A stretch of DNA of 64,000 nucleotides, taken from NCBI GenBank assembly GCA_022825505.1, contig JAJDWR010000022.1, forward strand, positions 15,046 to 79,045. Reading direction: 5' to 3'. The number at the start of each line of letters is the position of its first letter. The stretch's first letter is position 1. Below, one piece after another: positions 36,333 to 44,689 of this stretch. The notes beneath the pieces were generated by a model. It ran no database searches and was not told the origin of the DNA. It worked only from the letters and a program-made list of their open reading frames with translations. This DNA is from Gammaproteobacteria bacterium. Lineage in GTDB: Bacteria > Pseudomonadota > Gammaproteobacteria > Steroidobacterales > Rariloculaceae. The position numbers were made by a program, and so were the translations under genes.

Positions 36333-38117
36333 CTAGACCATGATTTCCTGATACGGAATGTAGTGATCCGTCTTGCCGGCGACCTGCTCGATGACGCCGT
36401 CGACGATGTGGTGGGGCATGAACGGCTCGCCATCGTACTTTCGGATGTGGCCGTCGACGCTGAGCCCGGTCTCGCTGCGCAGGTAGCGGTAGAACTGCCC
36501 GGAGTAGTTGTTCTCGACGATGATCGTGCGCTTCGCGCGGCTGACCGCATTGATGACTGCCTGTGCGTGGAAGGGCACGATCCAGCGAATCGCAAGCTGG
36601 TTGGCGGTGATGCCCTTGTCGGCCAGTTGCTCGATGGCCTCCCCGATCACGCCCTCGGTCGAGCCCCAGCCGATCAGGGTGACATCGGCGTCCTCCGGGC
36701 CCTGTAACTCGGGAGCCGGAATCTGCTCGATGATGTTGGCGATCTTGCGGGCGCGTTTCTCGACCATGCGGCGGCGCTTGTGGGGGTCGGTGAACTCGTC
36801 GCTGATGAGCACGCTGTCCTGGTCGTGTTCATCGGTGGCAACCACGTGCGCATACCCGGGAACGCCCGGCAGCGCCCGCGGGGACACGCCGCTTTCGGTG
36901 TCCTTGTAGCGCAGGTATTCGCCGTTGGGCGCGGCGCCGTTGGCAATCATCTCGCCACGGTCGATTTCCGGGTACAGGTCGATCCCGTCCGGATCGGCGC
37001 TGAAGGTGCCCTCCGAGATCAGCAGGTCCGTGATCACGATGCCCGGGCACTGGGCCTGGTCGCAGAGATTGAAGATTTCCGGTACCACGTTGAAGGCGTC
37101 CAGCGCGTCCGTGGGCGCCACGATCAGGCGTTCGAAGTCGCCCTGGCTGGCGCCGAGCGCCTGCCACAGGTCGCCCTGCTCGGTCTTGGTGGGCACGCCG
37201 GTGGACGGGCCCGCGCGCATCACGTTGATGAACACCGCCGGGATTTCCATCATGGCGGCGGAGCCCACCGCCTCGGTCATGAGCGCGAAACCGCCGCCGG
37301 AGGTCGCGCACATGGCCCGGGCTCCGACGTGGGCCGCGCCGATGACCATGTTGGCCACTGAGATCTCGTCCTCGGCCTGACGAACCATGATGCCCAGATC
37401 CCGGGCGTTGCGGGCCATCCAGTGGAGCACGCCGGTGGAGGGGCTCATGGGGTAGGCGGAGTAAAACTTGACGCCTGCCGCGGCGCCGCCCATGGCCAGC
37501 GCGTCGTTGCCCGTCCACAGCGCCAGGGGTTTGGCGCCCGTGGGCAACGGCTCGGACAACGGCTGGAAATTCTCGATCGCGTAGTCGTACCCGGCGCGCG
37601 CCGCCGTGACGTTCTCGTTCACCACGGCGTCGCCCTTGCGGCCGAACTGCAGCTTCAGGGCCTGCTCGAGGACGTCGAATTCGAGACCCAGCAGATTGGT
37701 GATCACGCCCAGGGCGATGGTGTTCTGTATGACCCTGTTGCGGCTTCGGTTGGAGAGTTGCTTGACCGGCATGGGGCAGAGTTGCACGCCGTCTGCGGCT
37801 TCGCCGGGCTTGATGGTGTCGCTGTTGTAGATCGCCCGGCCGCCGGCGCCCAGCAACCCCAGGTGGCGATCCATGGTGTCCTGGTTCAGGCAAAGCAGCA
37901 TATCCAGACTGTCGCCGTGACTGTAGATCTGCCGGTCGCTGATGCGCATGGTCAGGTAGATGTGCCCGCCACGGATGATCGACTGGTAGGCGTTGTAGGC
38001 GTAAAGCCAGAGGCCGCGGCGGGTGAATAGCCGCGCCAGAATACTGCCCGGGGTGGCGATGCCCTGCCCCGCGGCCCCTCCGATGGCGAGCGTGAACTCG
38101 AATTGCCCTGAACTCAT
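36333..38117 (-). CDS. korA: 2-oxoacid:ferredoxin (acceptor) oxidoreductase, alpha subunit
   Basis: 594 aa. N-terminal gamma-like domain (IGGAAGQGIATPG) fused to the alpha domain (YSAYPMSPST, GFALMTEA). Lies 11 nt upstream of korB. Confidence 0.88.
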   Translation of the reverse strand: MSSGQFEFTLAIGGAAGQGIATPGSILARLFTRRGLWLYAYNAYQSIIRGGHIYLTMRISDRQIYSHGDSLDMLLCLNQDTMDRHLGLLGAGGRAIYNSDTIKPGEAADGVQLCPMPVKQLSNRSRNRVIQNTIALGVITNLLGLEFDVLEQALKLQFGRKGDAVVNENVTAARAGYDYAIENFQPLSEPLPTGAKPLALWTGNDALAMGGAAAGVKFYSAYPMSPSTGVLHWMARNARDLGIMVRQAEDEISVANMVIGAAHVGARAMCATSGGGFALMTEAVGSAAMMEIPAVFINVMRAGPSTGVPTKTEQGDLWQALGASQGDFERLIVAPTDALDAFNVVPEIFNLCDQAQCPGIVITDLLISEGTFSADPDGIDLYPEIDRGEMIANGAAPNGEYLRYKDTESGVSPRALPGVPGYAHVVATDEHDQDSVLISDEFTDPHKRRRMVEKRARKIANIIEQIPAPELQGPEDADVTLIGWGSTEGVIGEAIEQLADKGITANQLAIRWIVPFHAQAVINAVSRAKRTIIVENNYSGQFYRYLRSETGLSVDGHIRKYDGEPFMPHHIVDGVIEQVAGKTDHYIPYQEIMV

Positions 38118-38342
38118 GACAAATGCTGCTCCGTGTGGTGCCCGGCGTACGCAGCGACGCCGCAGACGAAATTGTTGTGCCCGCAGGGGGTCCCGGCGGG
38201 AGCGCGCTATTTTACACTGTCCGCTTCGGCGTTGTCGGCGCGGTACGCCGATTGCCGCGAATTATTGTCAACTCCCGCTGCGAATCGGGCAATTCGCGAG
38301 ACCGGAAGGGTCAGATCGACCTGAAAAGGGGTCAATCCATTG

Positions 38343-39374
38343 TCAGCGTCCCAGTTCGGGGTGCGTGCAATCGTATTGGCGGGGCGCCTGGTCGGAGGCA
38401 GCGAATGTTCGGGTATCCGTTACGGGTGCGGTGTAATAGAGCGCATCCTCGCTGACGATGGTCAGTTCGAAGGTGTCGCCCGCCTGCCCCAGCGTCAGCC
38501 GTTCCACGGTGTGGAGCTGGTTGCTGTGCGGCATTCCGGGATGCTGCGCCAGCATCCCCGCCTCGTAGCCGACGGTATCGATCACCAGCGTCGAGCCTTC
38601 GTACCGGCCGATGGAGTGCCCCAGGACGCGATCCTCGAGATCCGCGGGATGTTCGTCCATGTCGAGGCGGACCTCCCGTACGGCGTCCATCCATTCGTGC
38701 CGAATGACGACGCGGTCCCCGGTCTGTTCGATCTCGGTGAGGTCGTTATTGCCCCAAAGCCGCCGGATGCTCACCGGGCTGCAGGTCAGGGCGGGATCGT
38801 CCAGCACCGGATCGTACCGTGCCAGGGCCTCGCGGCCGGCGTCGTTGAGCACGCCGGCCAGACGGTTGGGACCGCCGAGTTGCGGACCGCCGCCGCCCCC
38901 ACCGCCGCCGCCGGACCGCTGCCAGACCCGGCTGAAGTCGGGCACGTCCGCCGGAACGGCCACACGGGCAGCGCGGGGGGCCGAAGCCGGTACTACCGCA
39001 TCGAACGTGTCGCCGAGTGCGATCACACGGCCGTCCGCAAACTCCGCGGTTTCAAAGTAGCACTCGGCGTCGTGACGCCTCGCCGCAAATCCCTGCACGA
39101 CGATGTCGTCGCCGGGCCGGAAGACGTCCCGCGTCCACCCGCGCCTCATCAGGCCGTTGGATCCCGACATCTCGCAGTCCCAGGTCACTACCGATCCGTC
39201 GTCCCCGGTGACGTCGATCAACAGCCGGGCATGCGGATTGATGAAGCGGAACAGCTTGACCGTCCCGCTGACGGTGACACCGACGTTGCGGTCGAAGTGA
39301 TAGTCGTTGGAGTGGTGGGCGTGGGCGGTCCCCGCGACCATGCCTGCCACGAATGCTGCGGTGATCCGGTTCAT
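38343..39374 (-). CDS. secreted protein, AxA|HHS...NPH family, paralogue 3 (poly-Gly linker)
   Basis: Signal peptide MNRITAAFVAGMVAGTAHA followed by HHS, NPH at +29, a run of nine Gly. Motifs LGHSIGRYEGSTLVIDT, VERLTL, YDC. Confidence 0.7.
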   Translation of the reverse strand: MNRITAAFVAGMVAGTAHAHHSNDYHFDRNVGVTVSGTVKLFRFINPHARLLIDVTGDDGSVVTWDCEMSGSNGLMRRGWTRDVFRPGDDIVVQGFAARRHDAECYFETAEFADGRVIALGDTFDAVVPASAPRAARVAVPADVPDFSRVWQRSGGGGGGGGGPQLGGPNRLAGVLNDAGREALARYDPVLDDPALTCSPVSIRRLWGNNDLTEIEQTGDRVVIRHEWMDAVREVRLDMDEHPADLEDRVLGHSIGRYEGSTLVIDTVGYEAGMLAQHPGMPHSNQLHTVERLTLGQAGDTFELTIVSEDALYYTAPVTDTRTFAASDQAPRQYDCTHPELGR

Positions 39375-39529
39375 GATTCTCCCCTCCGTGTATTTTCGAA
39401 TCGCCTGGGAATCAAGGGCCGCAGAACGATTCTACCCCAGCCCGGGTTTCCGTCGCTGGCGCGGTTGAATCCCCAATGCTATGTTGGGCATCCTGACCAA
39501 CCTGCTCGAGTTCCGGGGAGAGAAGTAAC

Positions 39530-40327
39530 ATGAAAAGAGCCGGACTGACACGAATTCTCGCATCCCTGACCGTACTTTCGCTCCTGCCGGCGGGAACCGT
39601 ACTGGCGCAGAGCGTCTTCACTCACGCTCATTACCGGGTTCCGGAGGGGCAGCAGGAGGCGGCGGCGGAATGGTACAACCGCGTGCTGGGCGGAGAACCT
39701 GGTGAAATCGGGCCGGGGCCGGGCATCCGCCACCCCAACGGCTTTGTCGGCACCATGCCCAACGAGGGCATGGCGGGGGACGGCGCGGTCAATGTCCTCG
39801 ATCACATTGGAATTACCGTGCCCGATGTGCAGGCCGCCGTGGACCTGATCCGGGAAATCGGCGGGGAAATACGGACCGAACCGCAGGAAGGCGTCACCGC
39901 GCCCGTGATCGCCCACGTCACGGATCCCTGGGGCGGCCGCTTCGAACTGCTGGAAGACCCCGACTATCCGGGTATCAACCACGCGCATATCTTCGCCTCC
40001 GATGCGGACGCCACACGGGACTGGTTCCTGCAGGTGTTCGGCGGCGAATTGAACGAGGCACGCGGTCAGGGCCGTTTTCACACCATTCTCTACGACAACG
40101 TCTGGATCCACATCAGCCAGACGCCGGAGGACGCACCGAGGATGTCGAGCCGGTTCCGGGCCGCCGATCACATCGGTTTCAGGGTCCCGTCGCTGGACGA
40201 ATTCCGCGAGACCCTGCGGGCGTCCGGGTACGAACCCTATCTCGAACGCCCCAATCCTCCAGGCGCGGACCTCATGTTCCTGGAGGGTCCTGACGGACTG
40301 CACATCGAGATGACGGAACCCCTGTGA
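39530..40327 (+). CDS. secreted two-domain VOC (glyoxalase/bleomycin-resistance/dioxygenase) family protein
   Basis: Signal peptide MKRAGLTRILASLTVLSLLPAGTVLAQS. Two repeats of the VOC pattern (LDHIGITVPD...DPWGGRFELL and ADHIGFRVPS...GPDGLHIEM). Confidence 0.65.
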   Translation: MKRAGLTRILASLTVLSLLPAGTVLAQSVFTHAHYRVPEGQQEAAAEWYNRVLGGEPGEIGPGPGIRHPNGFVGTMPNEGMAGDGAVNVLDHIGITVPDVQAAVDLIREIGGEIRTEPQEGVTAPVIAHVTDPWGGRFELLEDPDYPGINHAHIFASDADATRDWFLQVFGGELNEARGQGRFHTILYDNVWIHISQTPEDAPRMSSRFRAADHIGFRVPSLDEFRETLRASGYEPYLERPNPPGADLMFLEGPDGLHIEMTEPL

Positions 40328-40337
40328 GAGGCAACCA

Positions 40338-41444
40338 ATGAAACGCTGGCACGTATCGCTTTTCGCAGCCGTCGGCACAGTTGGCCTTTTCGGCCTTGCC
40401 GACGCCCATCACTCCCGGGGCAATTTCGATCTCGACGACGTGATCGAACTCCACGGCACGGTCACCGAATACACCTGGCGAAATCCGCATACCTTCGTGA
40501 CCCTGGACGTCGAGAACGATGCCGGCGAGGTGGAAGAATGGCTGCTGGAACTCAACTCCATCGCCGTGCTCACCGGTACCGGGTGGACGCGCGACACCAT
40601 CCGGGTGGGCGACAGCGTGACCGTGTTCGGCAATCCGGACAACGACCGCAGCAAGAAATTCTTCTTCTCCAACTACTTCGTATTGCCCGACGGCAGCCGC
40701 ATGGTGTCGGCGCCGAACTATTCGCGCGGCGTGCCCATTCAGCGCCCGCCCGAGCGGGAACTGGACACCACCGCGAGTTCCGGCGACTTCACCGGCATCT
40801 GGCGGCGGGAAGGCGGCATGGGCGGCGGCATGGGGATGGGCGGCGGCGGTGCACCCGCGGCCGGACCTCCGCCGGCAGGCGCCAACATCTCCCTCGGAAA
40901 CCAGACGCCTGCCATGGGTCTGTCGGTTACGGCGCGAGGTCAGGCGGAGCTGGACAACTGGGACGTGCGCGACAACCCGTGGTTCCGGTGCGAGCCGAGA
41001 ACGCTTCCCGGGGTCGTCAGCGGCACCCAGGAGATTCTCCGGCCGACCGAAGACCGAATCGCTTTCCGCTACGAAATCCTGGAGGTGGAGCGTACCGTCC
41101 ACCTGGGCCTGACCGGCCATCCTTCCGATGTCGAGCCCTCCCACCTGGGCCATTCCATCGGCTGGTTCGAGGACGAAAGCCTGGTGGTGGATACGGCGTT
41201 GTTCTCCCCCGCGGACTGGGGCATCGGCGCCGGGGTGCCCTCCAGCGACCTCAAGCACGTGGTGGAGCGATACACCCTGCTCGATGGCGGCAGGCGCATG
41301 CAGGTTGACTACACCTTCGAGGATCCGGTCTACCTTGCGGAACCGGTGAACATGTCAGCCACGTTCTTTGTGGATCCGGGGTACCCATGGGCGGAGTACG
41401 ACTGCGATCCGCATGCCAGCAGCCGGCATCTGGATGTCGAATAG
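40338..41444 (+). CDS. secreted protein, AxA|HHS...NPH family, paralogue 4 (Gly/Met-rich linker)
   Basis: Signal peptide ...GTVGLFGLADA followed by HHS, NPH at +28, linker GGMGGGMGMGGGG. Motifs LGHSIGWFEDESLVVDT, VERYTLL, YDC. Lies 10 nt after the VOC gene. Confidence 0.7.
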   Translation: MKRWHVSLFAAVGTVGLFGLADAHHSRGNFDLDDVIELHGTVTEYTWRNPHTFVTLDVENDAGEVEEWLLELNSIAVLTGTGWTRDTIRVGDSVTVFGNPDNDRSKKFFFSNYFVLPDGSRMVSAPNYSRGVPIQRPPERELDTTASSGDFTGIWRREGGMGGGMGMGGGGAPAAGPPPAGANISLGNQTPAMGLSVTARGQAELDNWDVRDNPWFRCEPRTLPGVVSGTQEILRPTEDRIAFRYEILEVERTVHLGLTGHPSDVEPSHLGHSIGWFEDESLVVDTALFSPADWGIGAGVPSSDLKHVVERYTLLDGGRRMQVDYTFEDPVYLAEPVNMSATFFVDPGYPWAEYDCDPHASSRHLDVE

Positions 41445-41468
41445 GAGACTGATTGGAGGAGAACCAAG

Positions 41469-41903
41469 ATGGCGAGATTATTGACTGCCGTAGCGGCTCT
41501 GGCGCTGACGCCGCTCCTGGTGGCGCAGGATTCCAGCGAGGGTTTCGTGCGCATCAACCCGGAGGAACTGGAGTGGACCGTACGGCCCGGAGGCTCCGAG
41601 TTCGTCTACCTGCACGGCGACTCGCAGGCCGAAGGGCTTTACATCATGCGCAACAAGTTCACGCCGGGAGCCTTTTCCGCGCCTCACTACCACGATCAGG
41701 ACCGTTTCATCACGGTCATCTCCGGCGTCTGGCATACCGGCACCGATGCCAGCGGCGACCGGGACATCACCGTTCCGCTGGGCCCGGGAAGCTACATGAT
41801 GCACCCGGCCGGCGCGGTTCACTACGACGGCGCGAAGGAAGAAGAAGTGATCGTTGAGATCCGGGGCATGGGCCCGGTGCAAACGATCTTCCTGGAGGAG
41901 TGA
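41469..41903 (+). CDS. secreted cupin-domain protein
   Basis: Signal peptide MARLLTAVAALALTPLLVAQD. Single cupin barrel with HYHDQDRF...G.WH...PAGAVHYD-type His-containing motifs. Confidence 0.6.
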   Translation: MARLLTAVAALALTPLLVAQDSSEGFVRINPEELEWTVRPGGSEFVYLHGDSQAEGLYIMRNKFTPGAFSAPHYHDQDRFITVISGVWHTGTDASGDRDITVPLGPGSYMMHPAGAVHYDGAKEEEVIVEIRGMGPVQTIFLEE

Positions 41904-41986
41904 GCCTGGCGATGCCGGCCGGGACCCCGCGGCGCCCGCAGGCGGGTGCCCGTTCCGCGAACGGTCATCGATTCAGTCCCTGAGCG

Positions 41987-42937
41987 TCAGTCCCCGCCCG
42001 TATAGACCCGCACATAGTCGACTTCCATCGTCACGGGGAACACTGTGTCCGGGCTCGGCGCGCCCGGAAAGCGGCCGCCCACGGCGACGTTCAGGAGTAT
42101 GTAGAAGGGCTGATCGAACGGCGCCGGATAGTCCGCCGACGCGGTATGCCAGAAGTTCTGCATGGCATACAGAACGTCATCCACGTACCAGCGGATCTCG
42201 TTGGGATCCCATTCCAGGGCATACAGGTGGAATTCGCCGGTCGCACTGCCGGGCACAACGTATTCGTTGCCGGTGAAGACGTTGTCCGGGGACTCGCCGC
42301 CATAGTGAAGCGTGCCGAGTACGATGTTGCCGCCCGTTCCGCCAAGGTTCCGCGCCTCCATGATGTCGATTTCGCCTGACGCAGCCCAGGTCCCGTACGT
42401 ATCCTCCTGGGGCAGCAGCCAGAATGCGGGCCACAGTCCCTGCCCGCCCGGAAGCCGGATGCGCGCCTCGACGCGGCCGTAACGAAATGCAAATCGGCTG
42501 CGCGTGTGCAGCCGCGCGGAGGTGTAGCCGTAGCCGCTTTGCGACTCCCGCCGCGCAGTGACGGTCAACAGCCCGTTTTCGAGAAGCGCGCTGTCCGGCA
42601 GGTACCATTGCAGTTCGTCGTTGCCCCATCCGGCCAGCGAGTACTGACTGCCGTCGCCGGTTTCAAAGAACCACTGCTCCGGATCCAGCCGATCACCGCC
42701 GAATTCATCGTTCCAGACCAGCGTCATGGTTCCCCCGGGCGCGATCGGCTCGTTGTGCGCCACGGTCAGCGTCGGGTTATCGATGTTGACGTTGGTCGGA
42801 TCCGGCGGGGGTGGAGGCGGCGGAGGGGTCACCGATACCGGGGGTGGAGCAGGACGTTCGGCGTCGCCGGACGAGCCGGAGCCGCCGCAGCCCCAGAGGA
42901 AAACCGCAAGCAGGGGCCAGACCGCGGTCCTGCTCAC
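41987..42937 (-). CDS. GH16 beta-glucanase (laminarinase-like) lipoprotein
   Basis: Lipobox LWGCGG, poly-Pro linker, GH16 catalytic motif GEIDIMEA, WPAFWLL. ATGA overlap with the GH43 stop. Confidence 0.85.
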   Translation of the reverse strand: MSRTAVWPLLAVFLWGCGGSGSSGDAERPAPPPVSVTPPPPPPPPDPTNVNIDNPTLTVAHNEPIAPGGTMTLVWNDEFGGDRLDPEQWFFETGDGSQYSLAGWGNDELQWYLPDSALLENGLLTVTARRESQSGYGYTSARLHTRSRFAFRYGRVEARIRLPGGQGLWPAFWLLPQEDTYGTWAASGEIDIMEARNLGGTGGNIVLGTLHYGGESPDNVFTGNEYVVPGSATGEFHLYALEWDPNEIRWYVDDVLYAMQNFWHTASADYPAPFDQPFYILLNVAVGGRFPGAPSPDTVFPVTMEVDYVRVYTGGD

Positions 42938-44568
42938 GGTTCACTCCTGAGTTCGAGCCAGTCGAAATCGGCGTGCCGGCGCGCGCCGGTCAGGTCGTTG
43001 CAGCACAGCCCGATGAACGTGCCAGTGAACTGGATGCGGCTGTCGCCACCGTATTCATCCGACAGGAATCGCATGTCCAAAGTGCAATCCAGCGCGATCC
43101 AGTTGGCGCCATCCGTCGACCAGGAGAACACGAGGTCCACTCCGTCGATCTCGGCGCGCAGGAAAACCCGGCCCGTTTCCGGTAGCTCGACCGGCCGGTC
43201 CCCGATGGGACAGACCACGCCGAGGGCCGGGTCGGCCTCGCAGCTCATGATGTCGAGGCGCCTTCCCGTACCGTCCTTCGTGGACAGGTACAGATAATGA
43301 AACTTGCTCGAGTTGTAGTAGACGATCAGGCCGGCCAGTTGCTGGAAGTTGTCGGGCTGAAACTCCACGCACGTGGTGGCGCGGCACCGAAGTGCTGTCA
43401 TCCGCCTCGCAACCAGCGCCTGCCGATACAGACTGCCGGGCGACTCCATGCCGTAGAGCCGCAGCCAACCGGGACGCTTGCTCAGGCTCATGAACTCCTC
43501 TGGCCACGGCGTTCGCAACCACTGGTAATCGGGATCGAGACTCCTCCCCTCGAAGTCGTCATGCTCGAGCAAGGCCGCCGGGTTTCCGGACGGCAGTGCG
43601 GGCGGTTGGATTTCAAGCTGCGGAAGTACGTGACCGTTCGCGAGGCGAAACCAGCCGTCGTCGGTGAATTCCAGGTTCTGGATAGCCGTTTCCCGGCCCA
43701 GCGGACTCAGGCGAGTGCCCTGCAGCGCCCGGCTGACCAGATGGACCATGAACAGGTCGCCATCCCCTGTCTCGACCACGTCGGCGTGGCCGGCGCGTTG
43801 CAGCGGCCAGTCGGGGTCGTGGCGGCTGGTGATCACCGGACCCGCCGGATCCAGCACATAAGGTCCGCCGATCGACCGGGAACGCGCCATGGTCACCGCG
43901 TGGTTGTAGCCCGTGCCGCCCTCGGCCGTGATCAGATAATAGTAGCCGCCGCGCTTGTAGAGATGCGGCCCTTCCGTACATCCGAGTTCGGTGCCGGAGA
44001 ATATGATCCTGCGCTCGCCGACGAGACGCTGCCGGGCGGGCGAGTATTCCTGCAGCGCGATGCCCGCGAATCGATTGTGGCCGGGACGATGATCCCAGAC
44101 CATGTTGAGAATCCACTTGCGGCCATTGTCGTCGTGGAAGAGCGAGGGGTCGAAGCCGCTCGAATTCAGGTGGATGGGGTCGGACCACTCCCCGTCGACG
44201 GATTCGCAGGTGGTCAGGTAGTTGTGCGTATCCTTGAAATTGCCGTCGTAGCGCTTGACATCGGTATACAGGAGATAGAAAAGCCCGTCGCAGTAGCTCA
44301 GGCACGGCGCCCAGACGCCGCACGAGTCGGGGTTGCCCAGCATGTTCAACAGTTCCGGCCGATTCAGCGGACAACCTGCCAAGTGCCAGTCGCGCAGGTT
44401 GCGCGAATGATGAATTCGCACACCCGGATACCACTCGAAGGTCGAAGTCGCAATGTAGTAATCGTCGCCCACCCGGCAGATCGAAGGGTCGGGGTGGAAG
44501 CCCCGCAGGATGGGGTTGCGGATTACTGTAGCGGCCACGAAATTCCTCGTTGCTGGCGATGCGCACAC
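42934..44568 (-). CDS. GH43 glycoside hydrolase (beta-xylosidase/arabinofuranosidase type) with C-terminal beta-sandwich domain, cytoplasmic
   Basis: NPILRGFHPDPSICRVGDDYYIATSTFEWYPGV, CTEGPHLYKRGGYYYL. No signal peptide. Confidence 0.85.
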   Translation of the reverse strand: MCASPATRNFVAATVIRNPILRGFHPDPSICRVGDDYYIATSTFEWYPGVRIHHSRNLRDWHLAGCPLNRPELLNMLGNPDSCGVWAPCLSYCDGLFYLLYTDVKRYDGNFKDTHNYLTTCESVDGEWSDPIHLNSSGFDPSLFHDDNGRKWILNMVWDHRPGHNRFAGIALQEYSPARQRLVGERRIIFSGTELGCTEGPHLYKRGGYYYLITAEGGTGYNHAVTMARSRSIGGPYVLDPAGPVITSRHDPDWPLQRAGHADVVETGDGDLFMVHLVSRALQGTRLSPLGRETAIQNLEFTDDGWFRLANGHVLPQLEIQPPALPSGNPAALLEHDDFEGRSLDPDYQWLRTPWPEEFMSLSKRPGWLRLYGMESPGSLYRQALVARRMTALRCRATTCVEFQPDNFQQLAGLIVYYNSSKFHYLYLSTKDGTGRRLDIMSCEADPALGVVCPIGDRPVELPETGRVFLRAEIDGVDLVFSWSTDGANWIALDCTLDMRFLSDEYGGDSRIQFTGTFIGLCCNDLTGARRHADFDWLELRSEP

Positions 44569-44610
44569 GTGCTCGGATGCCGTTTCGAGGGGCGCGCTTG
44601 ATCGCCAGAT

Positions 44611-44624
44611 TGTAAACGCTTACA
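44611..44624. promoter_or_regulatory. LacI-family operator-like palindrome TGTAAACGCTTACA
   Basis: 12 of 14 self-complementary, with a central CG. Lies in the 121-nt divergent region between GH43 (-) and the GH26-like gene (+). Same motif occurs at 55028, 63190 and 63355. Confidence 0.6.
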
Positions 44625-44689
44625 GTGGCCGGGGGAAGACTCGTGTCTTCTTCAAAAACCTGTTAGAAGTCAATGACATACATCCACGA

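Noticed and set aside
38886-38912. GC-rich triplet run (CCG/CCC repeats) as a possible non-coding simple repeat or CRISPR-like feature.
   Set aside because: It is in frame within HHS paralogue 3 and encodes Gly9. There are no spacer-repeat periodicity and no cas genes anywhere in the window.
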